DNA of 61,416 nucleotides from Roseibium sp. (GCF_025698965.1 NZ_JAILWL010000001.1:1-61416), one strand, 5' to 3'. Numbered from the stretch's first letter, positions 1-11,059 are shown. The notes: a model not told the origin generated them from the letters alone. Program-made: numbers and translations.

Positions 1-1201
1 GCGGACCTGCCGGGTGCGCATGCCGGGCAAGATCCTGCCCTGGTTCGTGATCCTCGGCTACAACGCTTTCATCGTCATCGCCGGTACGGGCTACCTGCTT
101 GGCGCAACGCAGTCCAAGGAATATGCCGAACCGGAATGGTATGCCGACCTTTGGCTGACCATCGTCTGGGTGTTCTACCTGCTGCTGTTCCTCGGAACAT
201 TGTGGAAGCGTAAGGAGCCGCACATCTATGTGGCGAACTGGTTCTATCTGGCCTTCATCGTCACGATTGCCTTGCTTCACGTCACCAACAACCTGACAAT
301 CCCGGTCTCGATCTATTCGACCAAGTCCTACATCGTCTGGTCGGGTGTGCAGGATGCGATGGTTCAGTGGTGGTACGGCCACAATGCGGTTGGCTTCTTC
401 CTGACCGCCGGCTTCCTTGCCATCATGTATTATTTCATCCCGAAACGCGCTGAACGACCGGTTTATTCCTATCGGCTGTCCATCGTGCACTTCTGGGCGC
501 TGATCTTCATCTACATCTGGGCCGGTCCGCACCATTTGCATTACACGGCTCTGCCGCAATGGGCATCAACGCTCGGTGCGACGTTCTCCATCATTCTTTG
601 GATGCCGTCCTGGGGTGGCATGATCAACGGTCTGATGACGCTGTCCGGAGCATGGGACAAGCTGAGAACCGATCCGGTTCTGCGCATGATGGTCGTTTCG
701 GTCGCTTTCTACGGCATGTCGACCTTCGAAGGTCCGTTGATGAGCCTGCGATCGGTCAACTCCCTGTCGCACTACACCGACTGGACCATTGGTCACGTGC
801 ACTCAGGTGCGCTCGGCTGGGTGGGTTACATTTCCTTCGGTGCGCTCTACTGCCTCATCCCGTGGCTGTGGAACAAGAAACAGCTCTATTCCCTGCGGCT
901 CGTCGACTGGCACTTCTGGCTGTCAACGATCGGTATCGTTCTCTACATCACCGCGATGTGGGTCTCCGGTATCATGCAGGGCCTGATGTGGCGCGCATAT
1001 GACAGCCTCGGCTTCCTGGAGTACTCCTTCGTGGAAACCGTGGAGGCGATGCATCCCTTCTACATCATCCGTGCCATGGGTGGCGCACTCTTCGTGATCG
1101 GCGCTCTGATCATGGCCTACAATCTCTGGATGACCGTCCGTCATGGCGAGGCTGAAGAAGCCGACACCACGCCGGCTGGCTCCCTGGCTCCGGCCGAATA
1201 A
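1..1201 (+). CDS. ccoN: cbb3-type cytochrome c oxidase subunit I (5'-truncated by window edge)
   Basis: Frame is open from the window start (RTCRVRMP...). Contains heme-copper motifs [17 protein letters not shown] and [12 protein letters not shown]; first gene of ccoNOQP. Confidence 0.97.
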   Translation, partial: RTCRVRMPGKILPWFVILGYNAFIVIAGTGYLLGATQSKEYAEPEWYADLWLTIVWVFYLLLFLGTLWKRKEPHIYVANWFYLAFIVTIALLHVTNNLTIPVSIYSTKSYIVWSGVQDAMVQWWYGHNAVGFFLTAGFLAIMYYFIPKRAERPVYSYRLSIVHFWALIFIYIWAGPHHLHYTALPQWASTLGATFSIILWMPSWGGMINGLMTLSGAWDKLRTDPVLRMMVVSVAFYGMSTFEGPLMSLRSVNSLSHYTDWTIGHVHSGALGWVGYISFGALYCLIPWLWNKKQLYSLRLVDWHFWLSTIGIVLYITAMWVSGIMQGLMWRAYDSLGFLEYSFVETVEAMHPFYIIRAMGGALFVIGALIMAYNLWMTVRHGEAEEADTTPAGSLAPAE

Positions 1202-1213
1202 GGGAGGAAGACA

Positions 1214-1948
1214 ATGTCACTTTGGAACAAACACCAAGTCTTTGAAAAGAACTCCTTCGTTCTTCTGGTCGGTATCCTGGTCGCGGTCGCCGTCGGTGGC
1301 CTCGTGGAGATTGCACCGCTCTTCTACTTGAAGAGCACGATCGAGAAGACGGAGGGCATGCGGCCCTATACGCCGCTGGAGCTCGCGGGTCGGAACATTT
1401 ATATCCGCGAGGGCTGCTATCTCTGCCATTCGCAGATGGTCCGTCCGATGCGCGACGAGTTGGAACGCTACGGTCACTTTTCGCTCGCGGCGGAAAGCAT
1501 GTATGACCATCCGTTCCAGTGGGGCTCCAAACGGACAGGTCCCGATCTGGCTCGCGTCGGCGGAAAATACTCCGACGACTGGCATGTCGAGCATCTGATC
1601 AATCCGCGTTCACTGGTGCCGGCCTCGATCATGCCCGGATATCCGTTCCTGGCGGAAAACAAGCTGGACACGCGCGATATCGCATCGCACCTGACAGTCA
1701 ACACCTACGTTGGCGTGCCTTATACCGAGGAGCAGATCAAGAACGCCAAGACGGATCTTCTGGGTCAGGCCATGCCGGACACGGACGCGGCGTATGACTT
1801 TGAAGAACGCTGGCCGACCGCAACCGTCCGCAGTTTCGATGGCGATCCTAAGGTCGTGACCGAAATGGACGCCCTTGTTGCCTATCTGCAGGTGCTTGGG
1901 ACCATGGTCGACTTCTCCATCTACGACGACAAGGCAAACGCGAGGTAA
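1214..1948 (+). CDS. ccoO: cbb3-type cytochrome c oxidase subunit II (monoheme cytochrome c)
   Basis: [14 protein letters not shown] heme-c motif and [14 protein letters not shown]; GGAGG RBS. Confidence 0.97.
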   Translation: MSLWNKHQVFEKNSFVLLVGILVAVAVGGLVEIAPLFYLKSTIEKTEGMRPYTPLELAGRNIYIREGCYLCHSQMVRPMRDELERYGHFSLAAESMYDHPFQWGSKRTGPDLARVGGKYSDDWHVEHLINPRSLVPASIMPGYPFLAENKLDTRDIASHLTVNTYVGVPYTEEQIKNAKTDLLGQAMPDTDAAYDFEERWPTATVRSFDGDPKVVTEMDALVAYLQVLGTMVDFSIYDDKANAR

Positions 1949-1953
1949 GGGCG

Positions 1954-2109
1954 ATGAACGAAACGTATTCCGCATTCGCAGGCTTCGCGCAGACTTGGGG
2001 CCTTATCTACTTCATGATCCTGTTCGGCATCGTCCTGGCCTACGCATTGTGGCCAAAGAACCGTAAAAAGTTCGACGACGCTGCCCAGATCCCGTTCCGG
2101 GAGGATTGA
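1954..2109 (+). CDS. ccoQ: cbb3-type oxidase subunit CcoQ (51 aa, absent from the ORF track)
   Basis: Translated by hand: MNETYSAFAGFAQTWGLIYFMILFGIVLAYALWPKNRKKFDDAAQIPFRED. One TM helix plus the typical FDxAAxIPF tail; lies between ccoO and ccoP. Confidence 0.93.
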   Translation: MNETYSAFAGFAQTWGLIYFMILFGIVLAYALWPKNRKKFDDAAQIPFRED

Positions 2110-2112
2110 TTC

Positions 2113-2991
2113 ATGGCTGATACGCATGACAAGGAAATCGACCAAATCTCCGGGGTCGAAACGACTGGCCACGAATGGGATGGTCTGAAGGAACTCAACA
2201 ACCCGCTGCCGAAATGGTGGTTGTATCTCTTCTATGCCACCATGGTATGGGCGGTGATCTACTGGGTGCTCTATCCATCCTGGCCGCTGGTTTCCAGCTA
2301 CACCAAAGGCATTTTGGGTGCCAACCAGCGTGAGGAAGCGATTGCTGCCTACGATAAGGGTGTAGAAGCCCGGTCGGAGTTCGCCGACAAGATCGTGGCG
2401 ACATCCCTGGAGGATATCTCAAAGGATCAGGAACTCTTGCAGTTCGCACTTGCCAATGGCCAGGCGGCATTCGGCGACAATTGCGCACCATGTCACGGTT
2501 CCGGAGGGACGGGGGCGGAAGGCTATCCGAACCTGCAGGACGACACCTGGATCTGGGGTGGCACGCTGGATGACATCCACACCACGTTGCTCTACGGCAT
2601 TCGCACGGAAAACGACGATGCGCGTATCGGTGACATGCCGGCCTTTGGTCGCGATGAGTTGTTGAGCCGTGACGAGATCAATCAGGTTTCTAACTTCGTT
2701 GCCTCCCGCGCCGGTGTGGAAACGGATGAGGGGATCGATCTTGCAGCGGGACAGGTGCTTTACGAAGACAACTGTGCTGCCTGCCACGGTGATAATCTGG
2801 AAGGCATTCAGGAAGTCGGTGCTCCGAGCCTGATGTCCGCCAACTATCTCTATGGCAAGACGTTGCCGCAGATTAAGGCCCAGGTCTCCAACCCGCGCAA
2901 CGGTGTCATGCCGGCCTGGGTGGATCGCCTGGATCCAGCAACAGTCAAATCGCTGACGGTCTATGTCCACTCCTTCGGTGGAGGTCAGTAA
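2113..2991 (+). CDS. ccoP: cbb3-type oxidase subunit III (diheme cytochrome c)
   Basis: TTGHEWDG..ELNNPLPKWW N-terminus; two CxxCH motifs (CAPCH, CAACH). Confidence 0.97.
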   Translation: MADTHDKEIDQISGVETTGHEWDGLKELNNPLPKWWLYLFYATMVWAVIYWVLYPSWPLVSSYTKGILGANQREEAIAAYDKGVEARSEFADKIVATSLEDISKDQELLQFALANGQAAFGDNCAPCHGSGGTGAEGYPNLQDDTWIWGGTLDDIHTTLLYGIRTENDDARIGDMPAFGRDELLSRDEINQVSNFVASRAGVETDEGIDLAAGQVLYEDNCAACHGDNLEGIQEVGAPSLMSANYLYGKTLPQIKAQVSNPRNGVMPAWVDRLDPATVKSLTVYVHSFGGGQ

Positions 2992-3034
2992 TGACTGAGG
3001 AGATGCGGCAACATCGCCGGATCACCTGAAGAAA

Positions 3035-3048
3035 TTGATCCGGCGCAA
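3035..3048. promoter_or_regulatory. Fnr/FixK (anaerobox) site upstream of ccoGHIS
   Basis: TTGATCCGGCGCAA fits TTGA-N6-(T/G)CAA; fixGHIS operons are typically FixK/FnrN controlled. Confidence 0.75.
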
Positions 3049-3159
3049 GGTGTGACGTCTTGCGCCGGTTTACGTTAGAGCCACGCTGTCATCGGAAGAT
3101 GGCAAATGGTTTTTCCAGGATCCTATTGGGGCAGGATCGCGTTAAAAAGGACGGACGGT

Positions 3160-4623
3160 ATGTCTACGGACACCGAGACGCATGAGGGCGGGCACCCTGA
3201 CACTTGGTTCGAGTCTGCCAAAAAAATCTATCCCATGGCGACCCACGGCTTGTTCCGCCGGATCAAGTGGACATTGCTCTTCATAACGTTGGGCATCTAT
3301 TATTTTCTGCCCTTCATCCGCTATGACCGCGGACCGGACGCCCCCGGGCAGGCTGTGCTGATCGATATCGAGCACGCCAGGGGCTACTTTTTCTTCATCG
3401 AAATCTGGCCTCAGGAAGTCTATTATCTTACGGGCCTGCTGATCATCGCGGCCGTCGCGCTGTTCCTGATGAATGCCGTGGCGGGCAGAATCTGGTGCGG
3501 CTATCTGTGCCCGCAAACCGTATGGACCGACCTGTTTCTCTGGGTTGAGCGAAAAGTTGAGGGCGATCGGCGCGAGCGCATTGCGCTCGACAAGGATCCC
3601 TGGACTTTCGGCAAAGTGCGCAAGCGGGTCACCAAGCATTTTTTCTGGTTGATGATCGCATGGTGGACCGGCGGCGCCTGGGTGCTCTACTTCAATGATG
3701 CGCCCACATTGGTTTGGCAGCTCCTGACCTTTCAGGCACCGATGATCGCCTATATCTGGATCGCGATCCTCACGTCGACCACCTACCTGCTGGCCGGGTT
3801 CATGCGCGAGCAGGTCTGCATCTATATGTGCCCCTGGCCTCGCATCCAGGCCGCGCTCACCGACGAAAAAGCTCTCAACGTGACGTATCGATGGGACCGT
3901 GGTGAACCACGCGGGTCGCTGAAGCAGAACAAGAAACTGGAAGCGCAAGGCCTGCCGGCAGGCGATTGCATCGACTGTTTTCAGTGTTTTCAAGTTTGTC
4001 CAACAGGTGTCGACATTCGCAAGGGAATGCAGCTTGACTGCATTCAATGTGGGCTGTGCATCGATGCCTGCGACAACATCATGACCAAGATCGGCAAACC
4101 GACCGGCCTGATCGGCTATGACACGGACGAGAACATCGAGCGACGGCTCGAAGGCAAGGAACCGGTTTACGAGATCGTCCGTGTTCGAACCGTTATCTAT
4201 GCGGCGATCATCGTCGTCGTCGGCGCTATTATGCTGTTTACGCTCTTGAACAGGGACTTTGCAGACATAAGCGTATTGCACGATCGCAATCCGGTGTTCG
4301 TGGAACAGTCCGACGGTACAGTGCGTAACGGGTATGCGGTTCGTCTGTCCAACAAGCGCCGCCATACGCGCAGCTTCATGTTGCATGTCGAAGGCATGCC
4401 CGCGAACACCCTGGTTGAAGCTGTTGGTGCTGAAGCGAATTTTGCCGGCCGTCCCATTATTGAAGTCGGACCGGACACGACACGGGAAGTGAGAGTGCTC
4501 GTCACTTCGCCGCCATGGACGGAAATGCCGCACTCGACACATGTAACCTTCCGGATCACCGAAAGCGTGATGGGCGAGGTGGTCACAACGAACGACACGT
4601 TCAAGGCACCGGGAAAACCGTGA
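3160..4623 (+). CDS. ccoG: cytochrome c oxidase accessory protein CcoG (4Fe-4S membrane protein)
   Basis: GRIWCGYLCPQTVW, CIYMCPWPRIQ, and two ferredoxin clusters (CIDCFQCFQVCP, CIQCGLCIDAC). ATG 3160 chosen after AAGGA. Confidence 0.95.
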   Translation: MSTDTETHEGGHPDTWFESAKKIYPMATHGLFRRIKWTLLFITLGIYYFLPFIRYDRGPDAPGQAVLIDIEHARGYFFFIEIWPQEVYYLTGLLIIAAVALFLMNAVAGRIWCGYLCPQTVWTDLFLWVERKVEGDRRERIALDKDPWTFGKVRKRVTKHFFWLMIAWWTGGAWVLYFNDAPTLVWQLLTFQAPMIAYIWIAILTSTTYLLAGFMREQVCIYMCPWPRIQAALTDEKALNVTYRWDRGEPRGSLKQNKKLEAQGLPAGDCIDCFQCFQVCPTGVDIRKGMQLDCIQCGLCIDACDNIMTKIGKPTGLIGYDTDENIERRLEGKEPVYEIVRVRTVIYAAIIVVVGAIMLFTLLNRDFADISVLHDRNPVFVEQSDGTVRNGYAVRLSNKRRHTRSFMLHVEGMPANTLVEAVGAEANFAGRPIIEVGPDTTREVRVLVTSPPWTEMPHSTHVTFRITESVMGEVVTTNDTFKAPGKP

Positions 4624-4633
4624 GGAGACAAGG

Positions 4634-5146
4634 ATGACGATGGTTCAGTCGAACATGAAAGATCCCAAGGCCATCACCGGTAAAACGGTGCTGGTCTGGC
4701 TGCTCGGGTTCTTTGGCGTGATTTTTACCGCCAACGCGATTTTCATCTATCTTGCGCTCGGGTCTTTCCCGGGCGTGGTGGTGGAAAGTTCCTATGAGGC
4801 CGGTCAGGCATATAATCAGGAGATCGCAGCTGCCAAGGCACAGGCTGAACTGCACTGGCAGGTGACAAGCGAATTTCTCGATACAGGTGACACCGGCAGC
4901 ACGCTCATGGTCTCGGCCACCGATGCTGACGGAACACCGCTTTTTGGTGTCGATGTCCGCGCGGTTCTGCGGCACCCGGCAAACGATGACGCGGATGTTG
5001 AGTTGTTTCTGCATGCTGATGGCGGTGGACGCTACGTGGCGGACGTTGAAGCATTGCCGGAGGGTAACTGGACGCTTGTTCTCGAAATTCGGCAGGAAGG
5101 CATTCGGAAGTTCAAGTCCGAAAACAGGATTTATCTGAAAGATTGA
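4634..5146 (+). CDS. ccoH: FixH/CcoH family protein
   Basis: ITGKTVLVWLLGFFGVIFTAN TM helix followed by FPGVVVESSY; operon position. Confidence 0.92.
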   Translation: MTMVQSNMKDPKAITGKTVLVWLLGFFGVIFTANAIFIYLALGSFPGVVVESSYEAGQAYNQEIAAAKAQAELHWQVTSEFLDTGDTGSTLMVSATDADGTPLFGVDVRAVLRHPANDDADVELFLHADGGGRYVADVEALPEGNWTLVLEIRQEGIRKFKSENRIYLKD

Positions 5147-5156
5147 GGTCGTACCA

Positions 5157-7403
5157 GTGACGGTTCACCAACGTGATTGGCAGTCCTTTGTGACTGAAGG
5201 CAAAGATGGCGCGGTTCATATGGATCTCGCCGTCGACGGGATCACGTGTGCCGCTTGCATGGGCGAGATCGAACGTGGATTGAAGCGTCTGCCGGGCATC
5301 CGGACCGCGCGTGTCAATCTGACCAGTCAGCGTCTCGCCGTGGACTGGGTTGAAGATCAAACCGGTGCTGATGAAATCGTCTCCGAGCTGGCGCGGCTTG
5401 GATATACGGCGCATCCGTTCGATCCTGCCAGCCAGAAGGAACGCCAGGACAGGACCGGCAAACAGCTGCTCCGCTGTCTCGCGGTCGCAGGCTTTGCTGG
5501 CATGAATATCATGTTGTTGTCGGTATCTGTCTGGTCGGGAAACGCGACCGACATTACGCCGGAAACGCGTGATTTCTTTCACTGGTTATCTGCGTTGATC
5601 GCCTTGCCGACGGTTGCCTATTCCGGCCGACCGTTCTTGAAAAGCGCCTTCCGCGCGCTCGCTGCCGGTCGTTTGAACATGGATGTTCCGATTGTGATCG
5701 GGGTCTTTTTGGCCGTGGCTCTATCGGTCGTTCAAACGCTGCAGCATCAGCATCACGCTTACTTTGAATCAGCAGTGATGCTGTTGTTCTTTCTGCTGGT
5801 GGGCAGATATCTCGATCACAACATGAAAGGCCGGACCCGCTCGTTTGCCGAAAACATCGCTGCTCTGAAAGCGGAAGTGGCTGCAAGGATCAATCCCGAT
5901 GGCAGCGTGCGGGAAATTCCGCTTTCGAAAGTTCAGTCCGGAGACAGGGTTCTTGTTTCAGGCGGTGAGCGTGTACCGATCGACGGTGTCGTCGAGACGG
6001 GCCGGTCGGAAATCGACCAGAGTCTTGTCACCGGCGAAAGCGTATTGGTCCCGGTTAAGCCAGGTCAAAGGGTCTATGCCGGAACGTTGAACGGGGCAGG
6101 AGCGCTTCAGGTCAGGGTCGAGGCAGCATCCGGTGCGACTTTGTTGGATGAGGTCAACCGGCTTCTTGAAGCTGCCTCGCAGGCGAAATCCAAATATGTA
6201 CGCATCGCGGACAGGGCTGCCCAACTCTATGCGCCACTGGTGCACGGTGCCGCTGCGTTGACATTCCTGGGATGGCTGCTTGCAGGCTTGTCCTGGCAGC
6301 CGGCTCTGGTGATTTCCATTTCCGTCCTGATCATCACCTGCCCATGTGCCCTGGGTCTGGCTGTACCTGCGGTTCAGGTGGTGGCGTCGGGCCAGTTGTT
6401 CCGAAGCGGAATACTGCTGAACTCGGGAGATGCCATTGAGCGTCTGTCGGATATTGATACGATCCTCTTCGACAAAACCGGCACGCTGACGCTCGCCGAA
6501 CCGGATTTGTGCGACACAATCGACCCCGATGACCGGACCATCGCCCTTGCGGGCCGCCTGGCTCTCGCCAGCCGCCACCCGCTATCGACGGCACTGGTAA
6601 AGGCGACCGGGGCTCTGATCCCGCTTGCCGATGTCGAGGAAGTGCCGGGTGCCGGTCTTGAAACGACCGTGGAAGGCGAGACGCTGCGTCTCGGCAGTCC
6701 GCTATTTTGCGGTGCGTCTCAGGATGAAATCGAATATGCACTAGCCGCGACACCTGGAGCGTCATTGCTGGCAATTCGCCTTGGCGATAGCGCTGTCCGC
6801 TTGCTTGCCTTCCGCCAGAGCCTGAGGCCGGATGCCAGACAGGTTGTTGAGCTTTTGAAAGAGCAAGGCTATGCGCTTGAGATCCTGTCGGGCGACACGG
6901 AGCCCGCTGTCGCAGATTGTGCAGCAGCGCTGGATGTATCGACCTGGCGGGCGGGCATGAAACCCGGACAGAAAATTGCACGCCTGGAAGAGCTGCAGCG
7001 TCAGGGTCGAAAGGTTCTGATGGTCGGCGACGGCCTCAACGACGCACCTGCATTGGCCGGAGCGTATGTGTCGCTTTCTCCCGTATCCGCCGTGCATCTC
7101 AGTCAGGCCGCGTCCGACGCGGTTTTCCTGGGCGATAAACTCATGCCCGTTGCCGATGCGCTTCGGTTGTCGATACGGGCGAGAGCGGCAATTGAGCAAA
7201 ATCTCTGGATTTCGACGATCTACAACGTCATTGCGGTTCCCATTGCCGTCGCGGGCTTTGTGACCCCGCTCATGGCTGCTGTGGCGATGTCGGCTTCGTC
7301 GCTCGCCGTGACCGCCAATGCCCTTAAGCTTCGCTGGGGGGAGACGGGCCAGTATACCTATCGGGAGACTGAAAAGCTGCCACCAAGGATCGGAAAGGAA
7401 TAA
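5157..7403 (+). CDS. ccoI: Cu-translocating P1B-type ATPase FixI/CcoI
   Basis: HMA motif ITCAAC, TGES, CPCALGLA, DKTGT, GDGLND. Confidence 0.95.
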   Translation: MTVHQRDWQSFVTEGKDGAVHMDLAVDGITCAACMGEIERGLKRLPGIRTARVNLTSQRLAVDWVEDQTGADEIVSELARLGYTAHPFDPASQKERQDRTGKQLLRCLAVAGFAGMNIMLLSVSVWSGNATDITPETRDFFHWLSALIALPTVAYSGRPFLKSAFRALAAGRLNMDVPIVIGVFLAVALSVVQTLQHQHHAYFESAVMLLFFLLVGRYLDHNMKGRTRSFAENIAALKAEVAARINPDGSVREIPLSKVQSGDRVLVSGGERVPIDGVVETGRSEIDQSLVTGESVLVPVKPGQRVYAGTLNGAGALQVRVEAASGATLLDEVNRLLEAASQAKSKYVRIADRAAQLYAPLVHGAAALTFLGWLLAGLSWQPALVISISVLIITCPCALGLAVPAVQVVASGQLFRSGILLNSGDAIERLSDIDTILFDKTGTLTLAEPDLCDTIDPDDRTIALAGRLALASRHPLSTALVKATGALIPLADVEEVPGAGLETTVEGETLRLGSPLFCGASQDEIEYALAATPGASLLAIRLGDSAVRLLAFRQSLRPDARQVVELLKEQGYALEILSGDTEPAVADCAAALDVSTWRAGMKPGQKIARLEELQRQGRKVLMVGDGLNDAPALAGAYVSLSPVSAVHLSQAASDAVFLGDKLMPVADALRLSIRARAAIEQNLWISTIYNVIAVPIAVAGFVTPLMAAVAMSASSLAVTANALKLRWGETGQYTYRETEKLPPRIGKE

Positions 7404-7410
7404 CACGCTT

Positions 7411-7560
7411 ATGGAAGTGATTGTCTATCTGATACCGATAGCTTTGTTCCTGGGTGGGCTGGGACTGGTGGCCTTCCTCTGGTCGCTGAAGAATGGGCAG
7501 TATGATGATCTGGAAGGGGCCAAGTGGCGCATTCTGGATGATGATGATCTGCCTGACTGA
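7411..7560 (+). CDS. ccoS: cbb3 oxidase maturation protein CcoS
   Basis: MEVIVYLIPIALFLGGLGLVAFLWSLKNGQYDDLEGAKWRIL, with the characteristic GQYDD motif; start reassigned to ATG 7411. Confidence 0.93.
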   Translation: MEVIVYLIPIALFLGGLGLVAFLWSLKNGQYDDLEGAKWRILDDDDLPD

Positions 7561-7671
7561 CTGTGATGTTTCAAGGTGCTCCAAAAGGATGGTTACGCCT
7601 TCGTCATCTTGACAGGCTCACAGCTTGTGACCTACCGCTGATCCTTGTCATTTTTGCCATGGAGAGCACGC

Positions 7672-8337
7672 ATGGATCAGTTTCCTGAAGCGCACAAGCC
7701 AGGTTATGCCATCTATTCGAAGACCTCACTCGCCATATACGACACGCTGGTACTTGGGCTTTCCAACCGTTTTATCTGGCGCTGTCCCAGTCAGTATCTG
7801 ACGGCTCTCTATAATCGGAAGCTGACTGATAACCATCTGGATATCGGCGTTGGAACTGGCTACTTCCTCGACAAGGCGACCTTTCCAGTTGCGGCTCCCA
7901 AAGTGACCTTGATGGACCCGAACAACGAATGTCTTGAGAAGGCGGCCGGGCGGATTGCGAGATACAATCCGACCAGGGTCAAGGCCGACGCTCTTGTTCC
8001 CTGGCCCGGGACACTCGGAGCATTTGGTTCAATTGGTGTGAACTACGTTCTGCATTGTCTGCCCGGAACAATGGCAGACAAGGCGGTTTTGTTCGATTGT
8101 CTCAAGCCACATCTTGCTGAAGAAGGCACTGTTTTCGGATCAACCATTCTGCAGGGTGACGTACCTCGGTCCGCATTCGCCCGCAAACTTATGAAAATCT
8201 ACAATGGCAAGGGTGTTTTTTCGAATGAAAACGACACACGCGAGAGCCTGGAGACGGAACTTTCGCACCGGTTTAAAAATGTGGACATCGAAATGATGGG
8301 ATGTGTCGCCCTGTTTTCCGCAAGTGAGCCCGTTTAA
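7672..8337 (+). CDS. class I SAM-dependent methyltransferase (YbcY-like)
   Basis: HLDIGVGTGYFL SAM-binding motif, LAIYDTLVLGLSNRFIWRCP and YVLHCLPG; GGAGA RBS before ATG 7672. Confidence 0.85.
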   Translation: MDQFPEAHKPGYAIYSKTSLAIYDTLVLGLSNRFIWRCPSQYLTALYNRKLTDNHLDIGVGTGYFLDKATFPVAAPKVTLMDPNNECLEKAAGRIARYNPTRVKADALVPWPGTLGAFGSIGVNYVLHCLPGTMADKAVLFDCLKPHLAEEGTVFGSTILQGDVPRSAFARKLMKIYNGKGVFSNENDTRESLETELSHRFKNVDIEMMGCVALFSASEPV

Positions 8338-8350
8338 GGCGTCCTTGAGG

Positions 8351-8533
8351 TCAAACTGCCGAGACCGCCATGCAAACGGCAAGGAGAACGAGGCCGAACC
8401 CGGAGATAAGAAGAGCGTTTTCGCGCAGCAGGTAGCCAAGTCCGGCATGTGCCGGATCTTGTTCCAGGGGAAATGTCTCGTCTTCGTCAAAACATTCAGT
8501 GTTTTGGCAGGTTTGTCTTACGAATGTTGGCAA
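8351..8533 (-). CDS. putative small membrane protein (~60 aa)
   Basis: GAGG followed by TTG start; C-terminal hydrophobic helix YLLRENALLISGFGLVLLAVCMAVSAV; fills an intergenic gap. Confidence 0.35.
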   Translation of the reverse strand: MPTFVRQTCQNTECFDEDETFPLEQDPAHAGLGYLLRENALLISGFGLVLLAVCMAVSAV

Positions 8534-8748
8534 GGTCGCCTCGTCTTTTTGGATTGGAGGCAAGATGAGGCCAAGCCCTGAAAGTCCCGTTAATGCCACC
8601 TGCGAGAAAAAGTTAATTTCACGCAACATTACCAAGTGGTGAAATCAATCGCTGAATGTATGTCCGGCATTCGAAGGTTCTGGTTATCTAAAGCTAACTC
8701 ATTGTTCAGAATTTCGTGCCAAGACTGGGGAGAAACAAGGAGGATTGG

Positions 8749-9288
8749 GTGAGCCTGGATCTTGCCTCGCTGACATTCTTGCTGGTCGAAGACAGTGCCT
8801 ACATGCGGACGATCCTGCGCACCATGCTGCAGGGGTTCGGCGCGCGTCGCATTGTGGAAGCCGAGGACGGAGCATCCGGCCTCGAGGCGATGGATCGTGC
8901 CAACCCGGATATCCTCATCCTTGATTGGGTCATGCCCATTCTGGACGGTGCGGATATGGTGCGTATGATCCGCAGTCCCAACAATCCCTTTGCCTACATA
9001 CCGATCATCATGGTTACGGCACACACGGAACGAAGCCGGATTGTCGAGGCGCGCCGTCTTGGTGTTCATGAACTTCTGTCAAAGCCGATTTCGGCCAAGT
9101 CACTGTATCAGCGCGTGTCGAGTGTGATTCTGCATCCGCGAGATTTTATCAAGACAGCGACCTATTTTGGTCCCGCACCACGGGAAATCCGGAACAGGCA
9201 GAAAATCTGGCAAGGCGGTCCCGGTCAACCGCAGGACCCGAACGGTCAAGGACAGGAAACCGGCGAAAACGTCACCGCGATCGGATAA
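8749..9288 (+). CDS. single-domain response regulator (receiver)
   Basis: LLVEDS, phosphoacceptor ILDWVMP, IIMVTA and LSKP; no DNA-binding domain; GGAGG RBS before GTG 8749. Confidence 0.88.
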   Translation: MSLDLASLTFLLVEDSAYMRTILRTMLQGFGARRIVEAEDGASGLEAMDRANPDILILDWVMPILDGADMVRMIRSPNNPFAYIPIIMVTAHTERSRIVEARRLGVHELLSKPISAKSLYQRVSSVILHPRDFIKTATYFGPAPREIRNRQKIWQGGPGQPQDPNGQGQETGENVTAIG

Positions 9289-9323
9289 ATCCGGATTTGC
9301 TGCTCAGGGGGAACCTGAAAACC

Positions 9324-9554
9324 TCAGGCAGCGGACTGGGCTGTATCCAAAGATGCGCGTGTGGACATGCCAGCTTGCGATGTCCGTGCGGTGCCAGCCT
9401 CAAGCTTGTCGGCAAACTGTGCCAGAACATCAAGATCAACAGTGTAGTGATCCAGCAGAAATTGTGAGAGAACATCAATTGGAAGGTGTTGATACCCATC
9501 GATGGCAGCCATCAGCGCTTCAAGAGTGTCTAGCCGTTCACGCAGCTTGATCAT
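9324..9554 (-). CDS. hypothetical small protein (76 aa)
   Basis: ATG-started helical-looking ORF in an intergenic gap, preceded by a near-consensus CtrA box. Confidence 0.55.
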   Translation of the reverse strand: MIKLRERLDTLEALMAAIDGYQHLPIDVLSQFLLDHYTVDLDVLAQFADKLEAGTARTSQAGMSTRASLDTAQSAA

Positions 9555-9597
9555 GGGAACCCGTTAAATTGGTTTTCTTTCACCGTGGAAGTTTATA

Positions 9598-9613
9598 GTT
9601 AATACTGCGTAAA
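9598..9613 (-). promoter_or_regulatory. CtrA-like binding site (one mismatch)
   Basis: Minus strand reads TTTA-CGCAGTA-TTAAC versus consensus TTAA-N7-TTAAC, ~44 bp upstream of the 76-aa ORF. Confidence 0.45.
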
Positions 9614-9754
9614 AATGACAAGAGCAAGTAGATGCTGGAACTGAAAACGCCAGCTTGTTAACTTCCACAAACTTTTCGTCGTTAAGTGGCTGAATTACTG
9701 GAAAAGTTCACCCAACGTATGCATCCTGCCTGGGCAGTATGAGGAAGCAAATTC

Positions 9755-10198
9755 ATGGCAAAGATCGTCTATATCCTGAACGGGCCGAACCTTAATCTCC
9801 TGGGAAAGCGGCAGCCGGAGATTTACGGCTATCAGACGCTTGATGATGTTCGCCAACTTTGCGAGGCCCAAGCCGTGGAGGCGGGACTGCAAATTGTTTT
9901 TCGCCAGAGCAACGCCGAACACGATCTGATCGATTGGGTGCAGGAAGCCCGGGAACACGGCGCCGGCGTCATTATCAATCCAGCAGCTTATTCCCACACG
10001 TCGGTCGCAATTCTCGATGCGCTCAACATGTGCACCTTTCCGGTTATCGAGGTGCACATTTCAAACATCCACAAACGGGAAAGTTTCCGCCATCATTCCT
10101 ATGTGACAGCCAGAGCGGACGGGTTGATAGTTGGATGTGGCACCGAAGGCTACTTGCTGGCTCTACGCCATATGGCAACCTTGTTGAGCGACGACTGA
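9755..10198 (+). CDS. aroQ: type II 3-dehydroquinate dehydratase
   Basis: [45 protein letters not shown]. Confidence 0.96.
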   Translation: MAKIVYILNGPNLNLLGKRQPEIYGYQTLDDVRQLCEAQAVEAGLQIVFRQSNAEHDLIDWVQEAREHGAGVIINPAAYSHTSVAILDALNMCTFPVIEVHISNIHKRESFRHHSYVTARADGLIVGCGTEGYLLALRHMATLLSDD

Positions 10199-10309
10199 AC
10201 GGCATCGGCTGAAGATAACGGCAGAATAAGTTCTATCCAATGGGAAAGACGCTGTTGTGATCGGGCTTTCAAGCGCCTAGCTGGCCGTGTGCGAAACGCG
10301 GGCGACGTG

Positions 10310-11059
10310 TCACGATCCGGATCCTTTGAAAAACTCTCGTACAATCGTTTTGACCAGGATTGTCGCGTCGAGCCAAAATGACTGGGCTTGAACGTAGATC
10401 AGGTCATATTCCAAACGCATGCGCGCGGAAAGCTCGGTTTTTGTCTCTCCTCGGCATCCATTGACCTGAGCCAGTCCGGTAATGCCGGGCCGGACGTGAT
10501 GACGGCCCATATATCTCTGGTCGAAGATCTCATAGGGAACGCCGACAGCCAGCATGCCCGGTACATGCGGGCGCGGGCCGACAAGGGACATGTCGCCTTT
10601 CAGGACATTGATGAGCTGTGGCAGTTCGTCGAAATTGCTTTTACGCAGAAAGAACCCTATCGGGGTGATACGAGGATCATTTGCAACTGTCTGTGCCACC
10701 CCTGAAGCATCGCAAAGATGAACGTGCATCGTTCGGAATTTGAAAATGGTGAATGGAATTCCGTTCAATCCGTATCTTTTCTGGCGGAAAAAAACGGGTC
10801 CCGGACTCGACATTTTTATGATCAGGGCAACCGTGGCCAGCAGCGGAAACAACAGAGCCAAGCCTGCGGTCGCGCCGAAAAGATCAACAGACCGCTTCAA
10901 AATGCGCTGTACCAGGGGACACGAGGTGCGCTTTGGGAAAGCGTGGGAAGTGGAAACGAGTTTTCGCTTTAAACGACGCTGCCAGTTCGCATATTCGGCA
11001 AGTACAATGTCATGCCTGCAGTGATCGTCCGCATCGTTGGTGACCGTATCGTTCGTCAA
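10310..11059 (-). CDS. bacterial sugar transferase (priming phosphoglycosyltransferase)
   Basis: [46 protein letters not shown]. Confidence 0.93.
   Translation of the reverse strand: MTNDTVTNDADDHCRHDIVLAEYANWQRRLKRKLVSTSHAFPKRTSCPLVQRILKRSVDLFGATAGLALLFPLLATVALIIKMSSPGPVFFRQKRYGLNGIPFTIFKFRTMHVHLCDASGVAQTVANDPRITPIGFFLRKSNFDELPQLINVLKGDMSLVGPRPHVPGMLAVGVPYEIFDQRYMGRHHVRPGITGLAQVNGCRGETKTELSARMRLEYDLIYVQAQSFWLDATILVKTIVREFFKGSGS

Noticed and set aside
8586-8700. TTAA-rich sequences as CtrA boxes before the receiver gene
   Set aside because: The half-sites lack the N7 spacing.
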